Shown here in pieces: positions 11,548 through 20,232 of a stretch of DNA of 64,000 nucleotides. The stretch spans positions 768,001 through 832,000 of the forward strand of contig CAWCNS010000005.1 of the NCBI GenBank assembly GCA_963796965.1, given 5' to 3'. The DNA comes from Calditrichia bacterium. Lineage in GTDB: Bacteria; Calditrichota; Calditrichia; JAJRVZ01. The position numbers and the translations under genes are program-made. The notes beneath the pieces are model-generated. The model made no database searches and was not told the origin of the DNA. It saw only the letters and a list, made by a program, of their open reading frames with translations. Every line of letters begins with the position of its first letter. The stretch's first letter is position 1.

Positions 11548-13374
11548 TCATTCAACAATAATCTCATCCACAAACAACCAGGCTTTACCTCCTGCACCCG
11601 CATGCCAATCAGGACATTGTTTTATATTCTTCACTTTAATCTGAAGATAGCGGGTATCTATATTTTTAAAGTTATATTCAAAATTTTTGATTTCTAATGT
11701 TTCACTTTCTTCGATAGTGTATTGCTCCACATCAATAATTTTAAAATTTTCCTTATCCTCGGAAATGGACAATTGGATTTCCTGAGGATAAAATATCCAT
11801 GATTTTTGCTGTTGCAGGAAACCAATTGATACTTTTTTAACCTGCTTTTTATCCATCAGATCGAGAACCACTTCTAAATCTTCTCCTTCAAAACCCAACC
11901 AATCCTTATAGAAATTGGTCATTCCCCTTTTTTTATCAATAAGTGTTTCCGGACCATTTGCATTAAATTTTTTACTGGGTGGGTTGATCAAAGTTATCGT
12001 CTTATAGTCTTGTGGTAGAATAAAGTGAATCGGATTTTGCGACTTAATATCAGATGAATTTCCATCCAGTTTTAATACAATGATGGTATTTAGGTTATTT
12101 CTTTTATTTTCAGTCAGGGATAGCTTCACCCCTCCATCCTGGGAAAAGATGGCATCTGCTTTTTCTCCACCAAGTACACTATGATCAATGATTTTATGCA
12201 CCAGCGGTGGAATAATCAGCGTATCGCCTACCCAGTCCAAGACATGCAGATATATTTTATTATTTTTATGTGTTGAAGTGATGTATTCACTAGGTTTGAA
12301 CGGTCCACCTCTTGTAGAGTAAATACTTTCCCCATATTTTTCCAGCCAGCGTCCAATTTCCTTCAGTCGTTTCTGCTGAAATAACTCCATTCTTCCGTCT
12401 GGCATTGGCCCGATATTGAGCAGTAAATTTCCCCCACCCCCCACAGTCTGGACCAGAATATTAATGCATTCCTTCAAACTTTTTAGCTGGCCATGGGGAC
12501 GCCAAAACCAACCCTCTGAAACCGTAATACAGGATTCCCAGGGATTGTCCACATTAAAGGTACCAATCTCCTGTTCCGGGGTTCCAAAATCACCGGCATA
12601 TTTCCAGGGATTGATTTTACCTTCTTTGTCAGCCCGCATCCGGTCAACACGGTTATTAATTAGAAGATCATTTTTTTTATCGCGTAGGTATTTGTATAGA
12701 TCCATTCCCCGTTCATGGGTCCAGGGTCCTTCCCAATAACCGTCAAACCATAAAATATTCGTTTGGTATTTTTCGATAAGCTCGTCCAATTGGTTTCTTA
12801 AAAATACCATAAACTTTTCCATATCCGAACTTTCAACCGGTCGTGGATCTCCCCCATACCGGCCGGGATAATCCGGATGATGCCAGTCACAGATTGAATA
12901 GTAGGTCCCAAAAAGGATACCCTGACGTTTACATTCATCGGAAAGTTCTTTTAATACGTCCTTGCCATAGGGGGTAGACATGATATCATAATCCGTGTAT
13001 TTTGAATCCCAGTTACAAAACCCATCATGGTGCTTAGTAACCATGATAAAATATTTCATTCCTGCATCTTTGGCCGTTTGGATCCAATCTTTGGCATTAA
13101 ATAAAACCGGATTGAATTGTACATAGAGGCTATCGTATTCATTTATGGGAATTCGCGGTGCAAAATCATAAGGATGATTGCCCCGGGCCCAGCTCGAGGT
13201 ACCCTTTATGGCAGAGGGTCCCCAGTGAACAAACATACCAAATTTGATATCCTGAAATTGTTCTAGTTTCTCCTGGTTGGGTTTCAGGTCTGGATATTTT
13301 TCGCCACCCCCCCATTGACTAAAGAGGTTTAAGGGAAGAGATAGAATGAGTGACAACAAGAAATTTTTAATCAT
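11548..13374 (-). CDS. Alpha-L-fucosidase (GH29) with C-terminal F5/8-type (discoidin-like) module
   Basis: KFGMFVHWG, TKHHDGF, ILWFDG, GGNLLLNIGP; ends GAGGKAWLFVDEIIVE. Confidence 0.93.
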   Translation of the reverse strand: MIKNFLLSLILSLPLNLFSQWGGGEKYPDLKPNQEKLEQFQDIKFGMFVHWGPSAIKGTSSWARGNHPYDFAPRIPINEYDSLYVQFNPVLFNAKDWIQTAKDAGMKYFIMVTKHHDGFCNWDSKYTDYDIMSTPYGKDVLKELSDECKRQGILFGTYYSICDWHHPDYPGRYGGDPRPVESSDMEKFMVFLRNQLDELIEKYQTNILWFDGYWEGPWTHERGMDLYKYLRDKKNDLLINNRVDRMRADKEGKINPWKYAGDFGTPEQEIGTFNVDNPWESCITVSEGWFWRPHGQLKSLKECINILVQTVGGGGNLLLNIGPMPDGRMELFQQKRLKEIGRWLEKYGESIYSTRGGPFKPSEYITSTHKNNKIYLHVLDWVGDTLIIPPLVHKIIDHSVLGGEKADAIFSQDGGVKLSLTENKRNNLNTIIVLKLDGNSSDIKSQNPIHFILPQDYKTITLINPPSKKFNANGPETLIDKKRGMTNFYKDWLGFEGEDLEVVLDLMDKKQVKKVSIGFLQQQKSWIFYPQEIQLSISEDKENFKIIDVEQYTIEESETLEIKNFEYNFKNIDTRYLQIKVKNIKQCPDWHAGAGGKAWLFVDEIIVE

Positions 13375-13427
13375 GTTTTAACTTTAGTTTAATTTTAATC
13401 AGTCATAGTTTTACAGAGATTATTTTA

Positions 13428-13456
13428 TCACGCAGCGACGCAGAGCCGCACGCGGA
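13428..13456. repeat. Solo arm of the CGCAAAG/CGCAGAG repeat family
   Basis: tcacgcagcgacgcagagccgcacgcgga, 9-nt periodic. Confidence 0.5.
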
Positions 13457-13473
13457 ACAAAACAGACCCTGCA

Positions 13474-14235
13474 TTAATCTGTATGAAATATCTCTTCCAT
13501 CTCCACCCAGAACTGATCTTCTCCAGAGAGAGGTTCCATCAATGCTATCATGTCTTCATAAAGATTTTTTACTTCTCGTATTTTCAAGAGTTGAACCATA
13601 TCCGCATCGAAATCTTTACCCACGTATTCAATATAGAGATATATACGGTCGTCATGAGTATATAAAGTGAGATTCTGAAAGTTATAATTTAGGACCGATT
13701 CAACCATCGATTTATTTAAATCTTTGAGTATGCTTTTCAAGCGGTCTGTGTGTTTTTCATTTATATCGCCAACAAGCGCTATTCTTTGGGCATTTTTATA
13801 ATTAACCGTACTTGTATCCATTTGATACAATAAATTTATGGATGCCCACCACTCTCCTTCTTTGCGGTTCTCCAACGGTTCCTGCATAGGATCGGTTAAT
13901 TTCCACCAATCTTTGGTGATGGGATCTCCCATTTGAGCCATGTCCTCATCGAAATTTTTTCCGACATACTCAAAATGTGAAAACAAGAGACCTTCGTTTA
14001 TAAATATGGAGTAGTTTCGAATGTTAGATTTGCGAATACGATCGAGCACACCCGGGAATGTGTTTCTGTGAAGAATGATATACCGCTCTTCAAATTCTTT
14101 TTTAACTTTTATAAGACTACCATAGCGGGTGATATTTGTTCTTCCCCGTTCAGGGAGAGTTTTAGATACTTCACATCCTGAAATCAGAGAACAGAAAAGA
14201 CCAATGACTATGAATAAAAAGATAGATTTTAGCAT
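13474..14235 (-). CDS. L-rhamnose mutarotase family lipoprotein with two tandem RhaM domains
   Basis: Lipobox LISGC. Domain 1: YIILH...NIRNYSIF...WWKLTDPMQEP...GEWWA. Domain 2: FQNLTLY...YIEYVGKDFDADM...FWVEMEEIFHTD. Confidence 0.85.
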   Translation of the reverse strand: MLKSIFLFIVIGLFCSLISGCEVSKTLPERGRTNITRYGSLIKVKKEFEERYIILHRNTFPGVLDRIRKSNIRNYSIFINEGLLFSHFEYVGKNFDEDMAQMGDPITKDWWKLTDPMQEPLENRKEGEWWASINLLYQMDTSTVNYKNAQRIALVGDINEKHTDRLKSILKDLNKSMVESVLNYNFQNLTLYTHDDRIYLYIEYVGKDFDADMVQLLKIREVKNLYEDMIALMEPLSGEDQFWVEMEEIFHTD

Positions 14236-14270
14236 ATTATACCAATGTTTTTAAATGGTGAAAATATATT

Positions 14271-14440
14271 TTTCTCTCGCAAAGACGCCAAGGGATTTTT
14301 TCCACTAATTACTCGAATTTATACGAATTTCACTAATTATATTTTCTAATATTTAAAAAAAAATAAATTCGTGAAATCTGTCCTAATTAGTGTAATTCGT
14401 GGATGGTTTTTTTAGCGTCATTACGTCTCTGCGAGAGAAA
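14271..14440. mobile_element. ~165-bp MITE-like element, copy 3
   Basis: Perfect terminal inverted repeat tttctctcgca/tgcgagagaaa; interior almost identical to 5931-6102. Confidence 0.88.
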
Positions 14441-14451
14441 TCCTTTACCTG

Positions 14452-15695
14452 CTACCGACCATTAAACTCCTCTACTGCCTCGAACATAGCCACGATATTT
14501 TCCGACGGTACTTCCGGTAAAATATTATGTATCGTATTAAAAACAAACCCGCCACCGGGAGAAAATATTTTCAGTCTCTCAAGCACATGTAATTTTACCT
14601 CACCCGGTGTAGCCCGGTTTAAGACATGGCGTGTATCTGCACCACCCCCCCAGAACGTAACATCTCTACCGAATTCACGCTTTAATCGCTCCGGTTCCAT
14701 ATCTGCACAATTGGTCTGTACGGGATTTAACACCTCAAATCCGGCATCGATCAGATCAGGGATTAATTTATATATGGACCCGCAACTGTGCAGGTAGGTG
14801 CGCATCTGGCTGTTCTTTTTCACATAGTCACAAAGGAGGCGGTGGCGTGGTTTAAATAATTTCTGATAGATAGATGGATCCATAAAAGGTCCGCTATCCA
14901 TACCCAGGTCATCACCAAACCGCAAAATATCTACGATATCACCCACTGAAGTGCAGACTTTTTCCAAGGTTGATAGATGAATCTCCATTAATTTATCCAA
15001 CAGGGCTTCTACATTTTTTTGATCAAGGAAAAGATCCATGAGAAACTGGTCAATACGACGCAGGAAAGTGCCCCATTCAAACAAATTGCAGCCGCAAACA
15101 ACCATCAGAGCCCGATCACTCTGCTCACGTAATAAGAGGGTTCTCTCCCTTAATTGTTGCCAGAAATCGGGCTCACCCGCATGATCCCAGGGGCTATGAA
15201 CCATGGCTGACCATAGCACCTTGTTCATTTCTACGGGTAAAGTTTTAAAGTCATCCGGATAACCATCAAGATAGGGAAAACAGGTCTGATCAAAAAAGGG
15301 TGCTCCCTGTGGCATTTTAGCAATAGTACTACCATCATCCATTTTTACGATCCAGGAGCCATCTTCCTGCTGAAGCGGATGGAACCAATTTGGGTAAAAG
15401 GCCTGTTGGCCATCTGACATGGTAATCGGGTACCAGTCCTGCTTATCCGCATTGAACATCCTGCCAATATCAAGTACATCGATATTAAACCTGTTTAGAA
15501 TATCATCTTCCGGTTGGGCGAGTTGCTGGACTACATCATAGATGCGGGTCTCACCATCCATTATCCCCAAACTCTTTTTTAGATTTGTGTAGGCAATGGC
15601 TGAAATTCCCGAGCTGGGGTAGCACCCAGATCGATGGGCACACGATCCGGTTCTTTATGGTCGATGGCAGCTAATATTCGTTCTCTTGAGTTCAT
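14452..15695 (-). CDS. Uroporphyrinogen decarboxylase / MtaA-CmuA methyltransferase superfamily protein; frameshift in a G run near 15617
   Basis: Restored N-terminus MNSRERILAAIDHKEPDRVPIDLG; GDDLG, LHSCG, LNPVQ, PGGGFVFNTIHNI; no HemE RQAGR motif. Confidence 0.88.
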
Positions 15696-15732
15696 ATCAC
15701 TGTTTTCTCGTTTAAATTCCAAGTTCTAAAAA

Positions 15733-15888
15733 TCTCTCGCAAAGGCGCAAAGCCGCAGAGAAAGCCATCCTCGGATTATCCGTCTTCGCCGGATCAGGCA
15801 AAGACGGACACTAATTATAACATAATAAATCTTATATATTTAAAAAATAATTAGTGAAATTCGTTTTAATTCGTGGAATTCGTGGAAA
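15733..15888. mobile_element. Divergent MITE-like copy carrying an inserted 30-nt hairpin (15779-15808)
   Basis: ctctcgcaaaggcgcaaagccgcagag-ccatcctcggatta[tccgtcttcgccggatcaggcaaagacgga]cactaatta ... aattagtgaaattcgttttaattcgtggaattcgtgga. Confidence 0.8.
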
Positions 15889-15910
15889 AGAAGTCACTGG
15901 GTGAAGCATA

Positions 15911-17815
15911 TTATTTCACTATGACCTCATCAACGAATAACCAGGCCTTACCACCGGCGCCTTTATGCCACTTTGGGCAGATGCCGATATTTTTTGCTCT
16001 CAGCCGAAGATACCTCCCCTTTATGTTCTCCAGATTCGCAGAAAAGATTCTTCTCGATCGATCGAAACCATCAGCGGTTTTCTCGTTTTTGATTGTTTTA
16101 AGGATTTTAAAATTTTTGCCGTCATCCGAGATCTCCACCGTAACATAACTGGGATAAAATACCCAGAAATCTGTTGATTGCAAACAACTGACCCCTACTT
16201 CTCTCACCTTTCGATTTTTCAGGAGATCAATAATGACCGTCATATCATTTTCTTCGAATCCTTGCCAGAGACCGTCATGATAATTCATGGTTCCGCGCAG
16301 GCCATCCACAAGGGCGAAGGCACCCGAGGCAGGATATCTGGGGCTATGGGCAGAAATATAAACAGGTGCCGGATGAAGGCTTTTAGAAAATTTAGCCTGT
16401 GTTTCTATACTTATCACATGATCCCTTGAAATGGCAATCACCCGAATATGTGAATTCTCTGTAATCACAAAAGGATGCTCATATAGATTGGAGTCTTCGT
16501 TTGGCTTGCTGCCATCGGTGGTATAATAAAATAAACTATTGTCATCACCAGAAAGGGAAATTTCTTGCTTTGGATTAAAGATCCTTGTTTGTGGTAAAAT
16601 AACGGGTGCGTCTACCTCTGCTTGTTCGAGCCAGGCGAGATTAAAGCGGGCAATGGCCAGATTCTCTCGTGAGTTCTTACTCCCCATCTTCGCCCGTTCA
16701 TAGATGAGAAAAATCATACCCTCTTTTCCGATAGCAAGACCGGAATAGGCAGATGGGCCAGCGAAGATAAGTCTTTTTAGAGGCCATGTCTCCCCATTAT
16801 CATAACTTCCCCTCACAGTCATGCGATGACGGGAACCGCCATCCCAACGCTTACGGGCACTCGTTGACGGATTGCTAAACAGAATAACATTTCCTACAGA
16901 AGGATCATTATAGCGCACCATTCCGGCATCACAGGTCGGTTCGATAAGTTCCGGATCATCCCCAAACTCTGTAAAAGTCTCCCCACCATCATAACTTATG
17001 GCATGATTGCGGATACCAAAGTTTGCGGCATGATTACGGCTATTTACATAGACCCGCCCATCCGACAATTCAACAACACAGGCCTCGCCAACATGAGACT
17101 GGGTTAAGCCACCTGCCCGCCAGGTATCTCCTTTATCATCACTGATTAAAACACCATTAAACATATTCGGCCAATCCAACCGTTTTCCCTTTGTAAACCG
17201 GGCAGGTAAAATTAGCCGGCCCTTATATTTCCCATATCGCAAAGTAATACCCACATCGTGTGGCCAATAGGGTAAATCAATGGACTGCATCCCTGTCCAG
17301 GTTTCACCTTCATCTTCGCTGCAGACAAAATAATGTCCAGCTCCCAAGGCTTCCATCTCCACCTGATTGGCGATATTCCATCGTTCCGTTATCATCTCCC
17401 CTTTAGCATTATGGCGCGGCGCCTTGTGACCAAAGACAAATATCTTTCCCGACTCCGGTTCAACGATGGCACTGGTCTGGCGGACTGTCCACTCAGGGAT
17501 CTCAGCGATTACACGCGGCAGACTCCAGGTTAGACCATTGTCTGTGCTACGTATAACGACGGCTTTTTGCACATTCCCCCAATCATGATTATTACCATAT
17601 CGCGCAGTGGCAAATGCGAGGATAGTGCCCTTTGGTGTCGCAACAATATTGGGAATCGCATAAGATCCAACCGAATCATTGCTTACCAGGATATCCTGAT
17701 CTTCGAAGATGGCCTTGTTCCCACTATTCTGATTGCCACAGGATACGAATAAAATAAAGGTCAAAATCACAATCACACTGAATCCGTTTGGCATTGATAT
17801 ATTATATTTTTGCAT
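15911..17815 (-). CDS. Sialidase-like GH33 lipoprotein with chitobiase/Fn3-associated and F5/8-type C-terminal modules
   Basis: Asp boxes STDNGLTW, SEDEGETW, SDDKGDTW, SYDGGETF, SYDNGETW; GEACVVEL; SAYSGL; YYTTDGSKP. Confidence 0.88.
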   Translation of the reverse strand: MQKYNISMPNGFSVIVILTFILFVSCGNQNSGNKAIFEDQDILVSNDSVGSYAIPNIVATPKGTILAFATARYGNNHDWGNVQKAVVIRSTDNGLTWSLPRVIAEIPEWTVRQTSAIVEPESGKIFVFGHKAPRHNAKGEMITERWNIANQVEMEALGAGHYFVCSEDEGETWTGMQSIDLPYWPHDVGITLRYGKYKGRLILPARFTKGKRLDWPNMFNGVLISDDKGDTWRAGGLTQSHVGEACVVELSDGRVYVNSRNHAANFGIRNHAISYDGGETFTEFGDDPELIEPTCDAGMVRYNDPSVGNVILFSNPSTSARKRWDGGSRHRMTVRGSYDNGETWPLKRLIFAGPSAYSGLAIGKEGMIFLIYERAKMGSKNSRENLAIARFNLAWLEQAEVDAPVILPQTRIFNPKQEISLSGDDNSLFYYTTDGSKPNEDSNLYEHPFVITENSHIRVIAISRDHVISIETQAKFSKSLHPAPVYISAHSPRYPASGAFALVDGLRGTMNYHDGLWQGFEENDMTVIIDLLKNRKVREVGVSCLQSTDFWVFYPSYVTVEISDDGKNFKILKTIKNEKTADGFDRSRRIFSANLENIKGRYLRLRAKNIGICPKWHKGAGGKAWLFVDEVIVK

Positions 17816-17823
17816 GGTAATAG

Positions 17824-17873
17824 ATCCGTACTATTCCGGCCTGCCCCGTTCTGCGGGGGTAAATCCGTGGTTA
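17824..17873. repeat. CACGGA-type repeat arm interrupted by cctgccccgttctgcgggg
   Basis: atccgtactattccgg[cctgccccgttctgcgggg]gtaaatccgtggtta. Confidence 0.65.
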
Positions 17874-17952
17874 AATTTTATTCATTTGTAACGACCTAAA
17901 CCGAGAGAGATGTAATCTATTGGCTAATTTTTAGCTGAGAATCCCAAATTGT

Positions 17953-18004
17953 ACCCCCCCCCTTTTTTCCCCTCCTTAGTAAGGAGGGGGATTATGGGGG
18001 TGGT
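17953..18004. repeat. G/C-run palindrome (cccctcctt-agt-aaggagggg), possible terminator
   Basis: accccccccc...cccctccttagtaaggagggggattatgggggtggt nested stem, ~40 nt downstream of the GH97 stop. Confidence 0.7.
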
Positions 18005-18041
18005 CATTATATATAAACTTAAAATCAATACAAGAATCAGG

Positions 18042-19994
18042 CTATTTCTTCGTTATCCTCGCAATCCACCCACCACCCGGTGCCAACTTTAAATGGTAGC
18101 GACTCGTTTTATCAACAGACTCCTTCTCCAACACATAATCGATGGCCCGAAACTCGGCATTGATACCATCTTTTATTAACTCAATGTTATATTCACCATC
18201 ATCGAGAAAATCTAATGAAACGTCGAACTCCCGTGGATCCCAATCTGTTACCGCCGATAAAATCCAATCATCCCCATTTCTTCGGGCAATGATTACAAAG
18301 TCACCTAATTTGGCTTCCAGAACGATGGTCTCATCCCATTCTACCGGTATCTTTGAAATGAATTCCATACACTCCCGCTCCTTATAATAATCGGACGGAG
18401 AATCGGGCAACATCTGCATGGGACTCTCCAGGATCCCAAACAGGGCAATGGCATGGGCCCGGGTTCCCTGCCCCATAGGATGATCACCATTATTGCGAAA
18501 GTCATTCTTTTGGGCATTATTCATGGTTCCCGGGATATAATCCATAGGTCCAGCCACCATGCGGATAAAGGGAAGCAGATTGTGATGTTCCGGATTGGCA
18601 TGATCTTTCCAGCCATTATATTCAAATTCAATCAGGGCCTCACGTGTAAGAACATTTGGATAAGCGCGCCGCAATCCGGCTGGCTTGTAAGCCCCATGGA
18701 AATTTACAACCATTTGTCGCTTTGCGGCTTCTTTGGCAATTTTATAATAATAGTTTACCATTTCCTGATCATCCCGGTTCATAAAATCAACCTTGATTCC
18801 CCGCACCCCCCATTTTTCTAGCATGTCAAATACGTCATCAGTCTGCTGGTCAAGATTTGACCAGATAAGCCACATCATCAGACCTACCTTTTTTTCCTTA
18901 GCATAGGCGGCAATTTCATCCATATTGAGATCGGGATTATAACTCAGAATATTATTATTGTCTGTCCAGCCATCATCGAAGAGAAAATACTCAAGTCCAA
19001 ATTCAGCGGCAAAGTCAATAAAATATTTTGCCGTGGCTGTGTTTACCCCGGCTTTAAAATCCACCCCATATATATTTCTACGCGCCCACCAATCAAACGT
19101 CATAATACCCGGTTTAATCCAGGAAACATCATCCAGTTGTAGTGGTGGGGCAAGAAGATAGACAAGCTGGTTTGTAATCAGGTCTTTATCTTGCTCTGCT
19201 ATCGCGAAGATCCGCCAGGGATAACTACGCTGTCCTTTTGTTTTGGCAATATAGTCGGCATGTTTTGTTACCCGCCCTTTCTGATAAGCATTTCCCTCAT
19301 AGGATTTTTCAAGAGGATATCCGGCAAAGGTGGCCGTTATTTTTTCAGATTTTGATCCCTTTAGCCACATGCCCGGATAATCCACCAAGCTAGATTCAGT
19401 TATTAATATATTGACACCATCAGTGGTTTGTACCAGAGCAGGCAGGCAAATTAACCCCTCGCTATTGATCTCATTAACCAGCATATATTGATAGGGTGTC
19501 TCATAAGCAGAGGCAAATCCGCTTGAGGGTTGAAAATAAATGTGGTCCATTTTGTTAAAATCGAGCTGCATAGTTTCACTTTCGACCGTTAAATTCTTAT
19601 CCATATCGGTAACAAAATGATAGGCAACTCCGGAGTTGTATGCCCTGAATACAAGTGAATAATCCTCATCAAAATCAAACCGGATCTCATTAAATGTATC
19701 TTCGATTTCACTGAATTTTTCTCGGATAGCAGGTTTTATTTTTCGATTAACCGATCGGGTCCTTACATCGTTAAGGTTGAATTTTTTACCTAAGACCACA
19801 TCACCAAGTAATTCCATTGTAATATTGGATGCAGACAGTATCATTTTGTTCTGAAAAATAACCTGAAATTGAATTTCAGACTCGACATTAATTTCAACTT
19901 TGATCTTTTTTTCGGGAGATGTAATTTCATATTGATCTGCGATTACAGGCATAATTAACCAAAGTGTAATAAGATAGGTGAGAGCATTTTTCAT
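18042..19994 (-). CDS. Glycoside hydrolase family 97, retaining (alpha-galactosidase-like) subgroup
   Basis: FRAYNSGVAY, FDDGW, GIKVDFMNRDDQ (Asp-nucleophile type), FHGAYKP, GPMDYIPG, LAPGGGW. Confidence 0.92.
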   Translation of the reverse strand: MKNALTYLITLWLIMPVIADQYEITSPEKKIKVEINVESEIQFQVIFQNKMILSASNITMELLGDVVLGKKFNLNDVRTRSVNRKIKPAIREKFSEIEDTFNEIRFDFDEDYSLVFRAYNSGVAYHFVTDMDKNLTVESETMQLDFNKMDHIYFQPSSGFASAYETPYQYMLVNEINSEGLICLPALVQTTDGVNILITESSLVDYPGMWLKGSKSEKITATFAGYPLEKSYEGNAYQKGRVTKHADYIAKTKGQRSYPWRIFAIAEQDKDLITNQLVYLLAPPLQLDDVSWIKPGIMTFDWWARRNIYGVDFKAGVNTATAKYFIDFAAEFGLEYFLFDDGWTDNNNILSYNPDLNMDEIAAYAKEKKVGLMMWLIWSNLDQQTDDVFDMLEKWGVRGIKVDFMNRDDQEMVNYYYKIAKEAAKRQMVVNFHGAYKPAGLRRAYPNVLTREALIEFEYNGWKDHANPEHHNLLPFIRMVAGPMDYIPGTMNNAQKNDFRNNGDHPMGQGTRAHAIALFGILESPMQMLPDSPSDYYKERECMEFISKIPVEWDETIVLEAKLGDFVIIARRNGDDWILSAVTDWDPREFDVSLDFLDDGEYNIELIKDGINAEFRAIDYVLEKESVDKTSRYHLKLAPGGGWIARITKK

Positions 19995-20029
19995 GATAAA
20001 TTCCAATCAATTTTAATATTTATTTTGTT

Positions 20030-20226
20030 GTAGAGACGTCCCCTCCCGTATAACGGGATCTTCGATGCGGGACGTCTCCAAATTAATATAATGTTTAATT
20101 CAATTTATAATCATAAGTGATGATTTTATATTCAATAATCCAATGCGATGGCAACGACAATTGGGAACTGATGCACGGAGACGTCCCCTCCCGTATTACG
20201 CGATCTTCGATGCGGGATGTCTCTAC
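20030..20226. repeat. REP doublet (REPIN/BIME-like) with GTAG and CTAC feet
   Basis: gtagagacgtccc...gggacgtctcc (20030-20079) and ggagacgtccc...gggatgtctctac (20177-20226). Confidence 0.85.
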
Positions 20227-20232
20227 ATTGAA

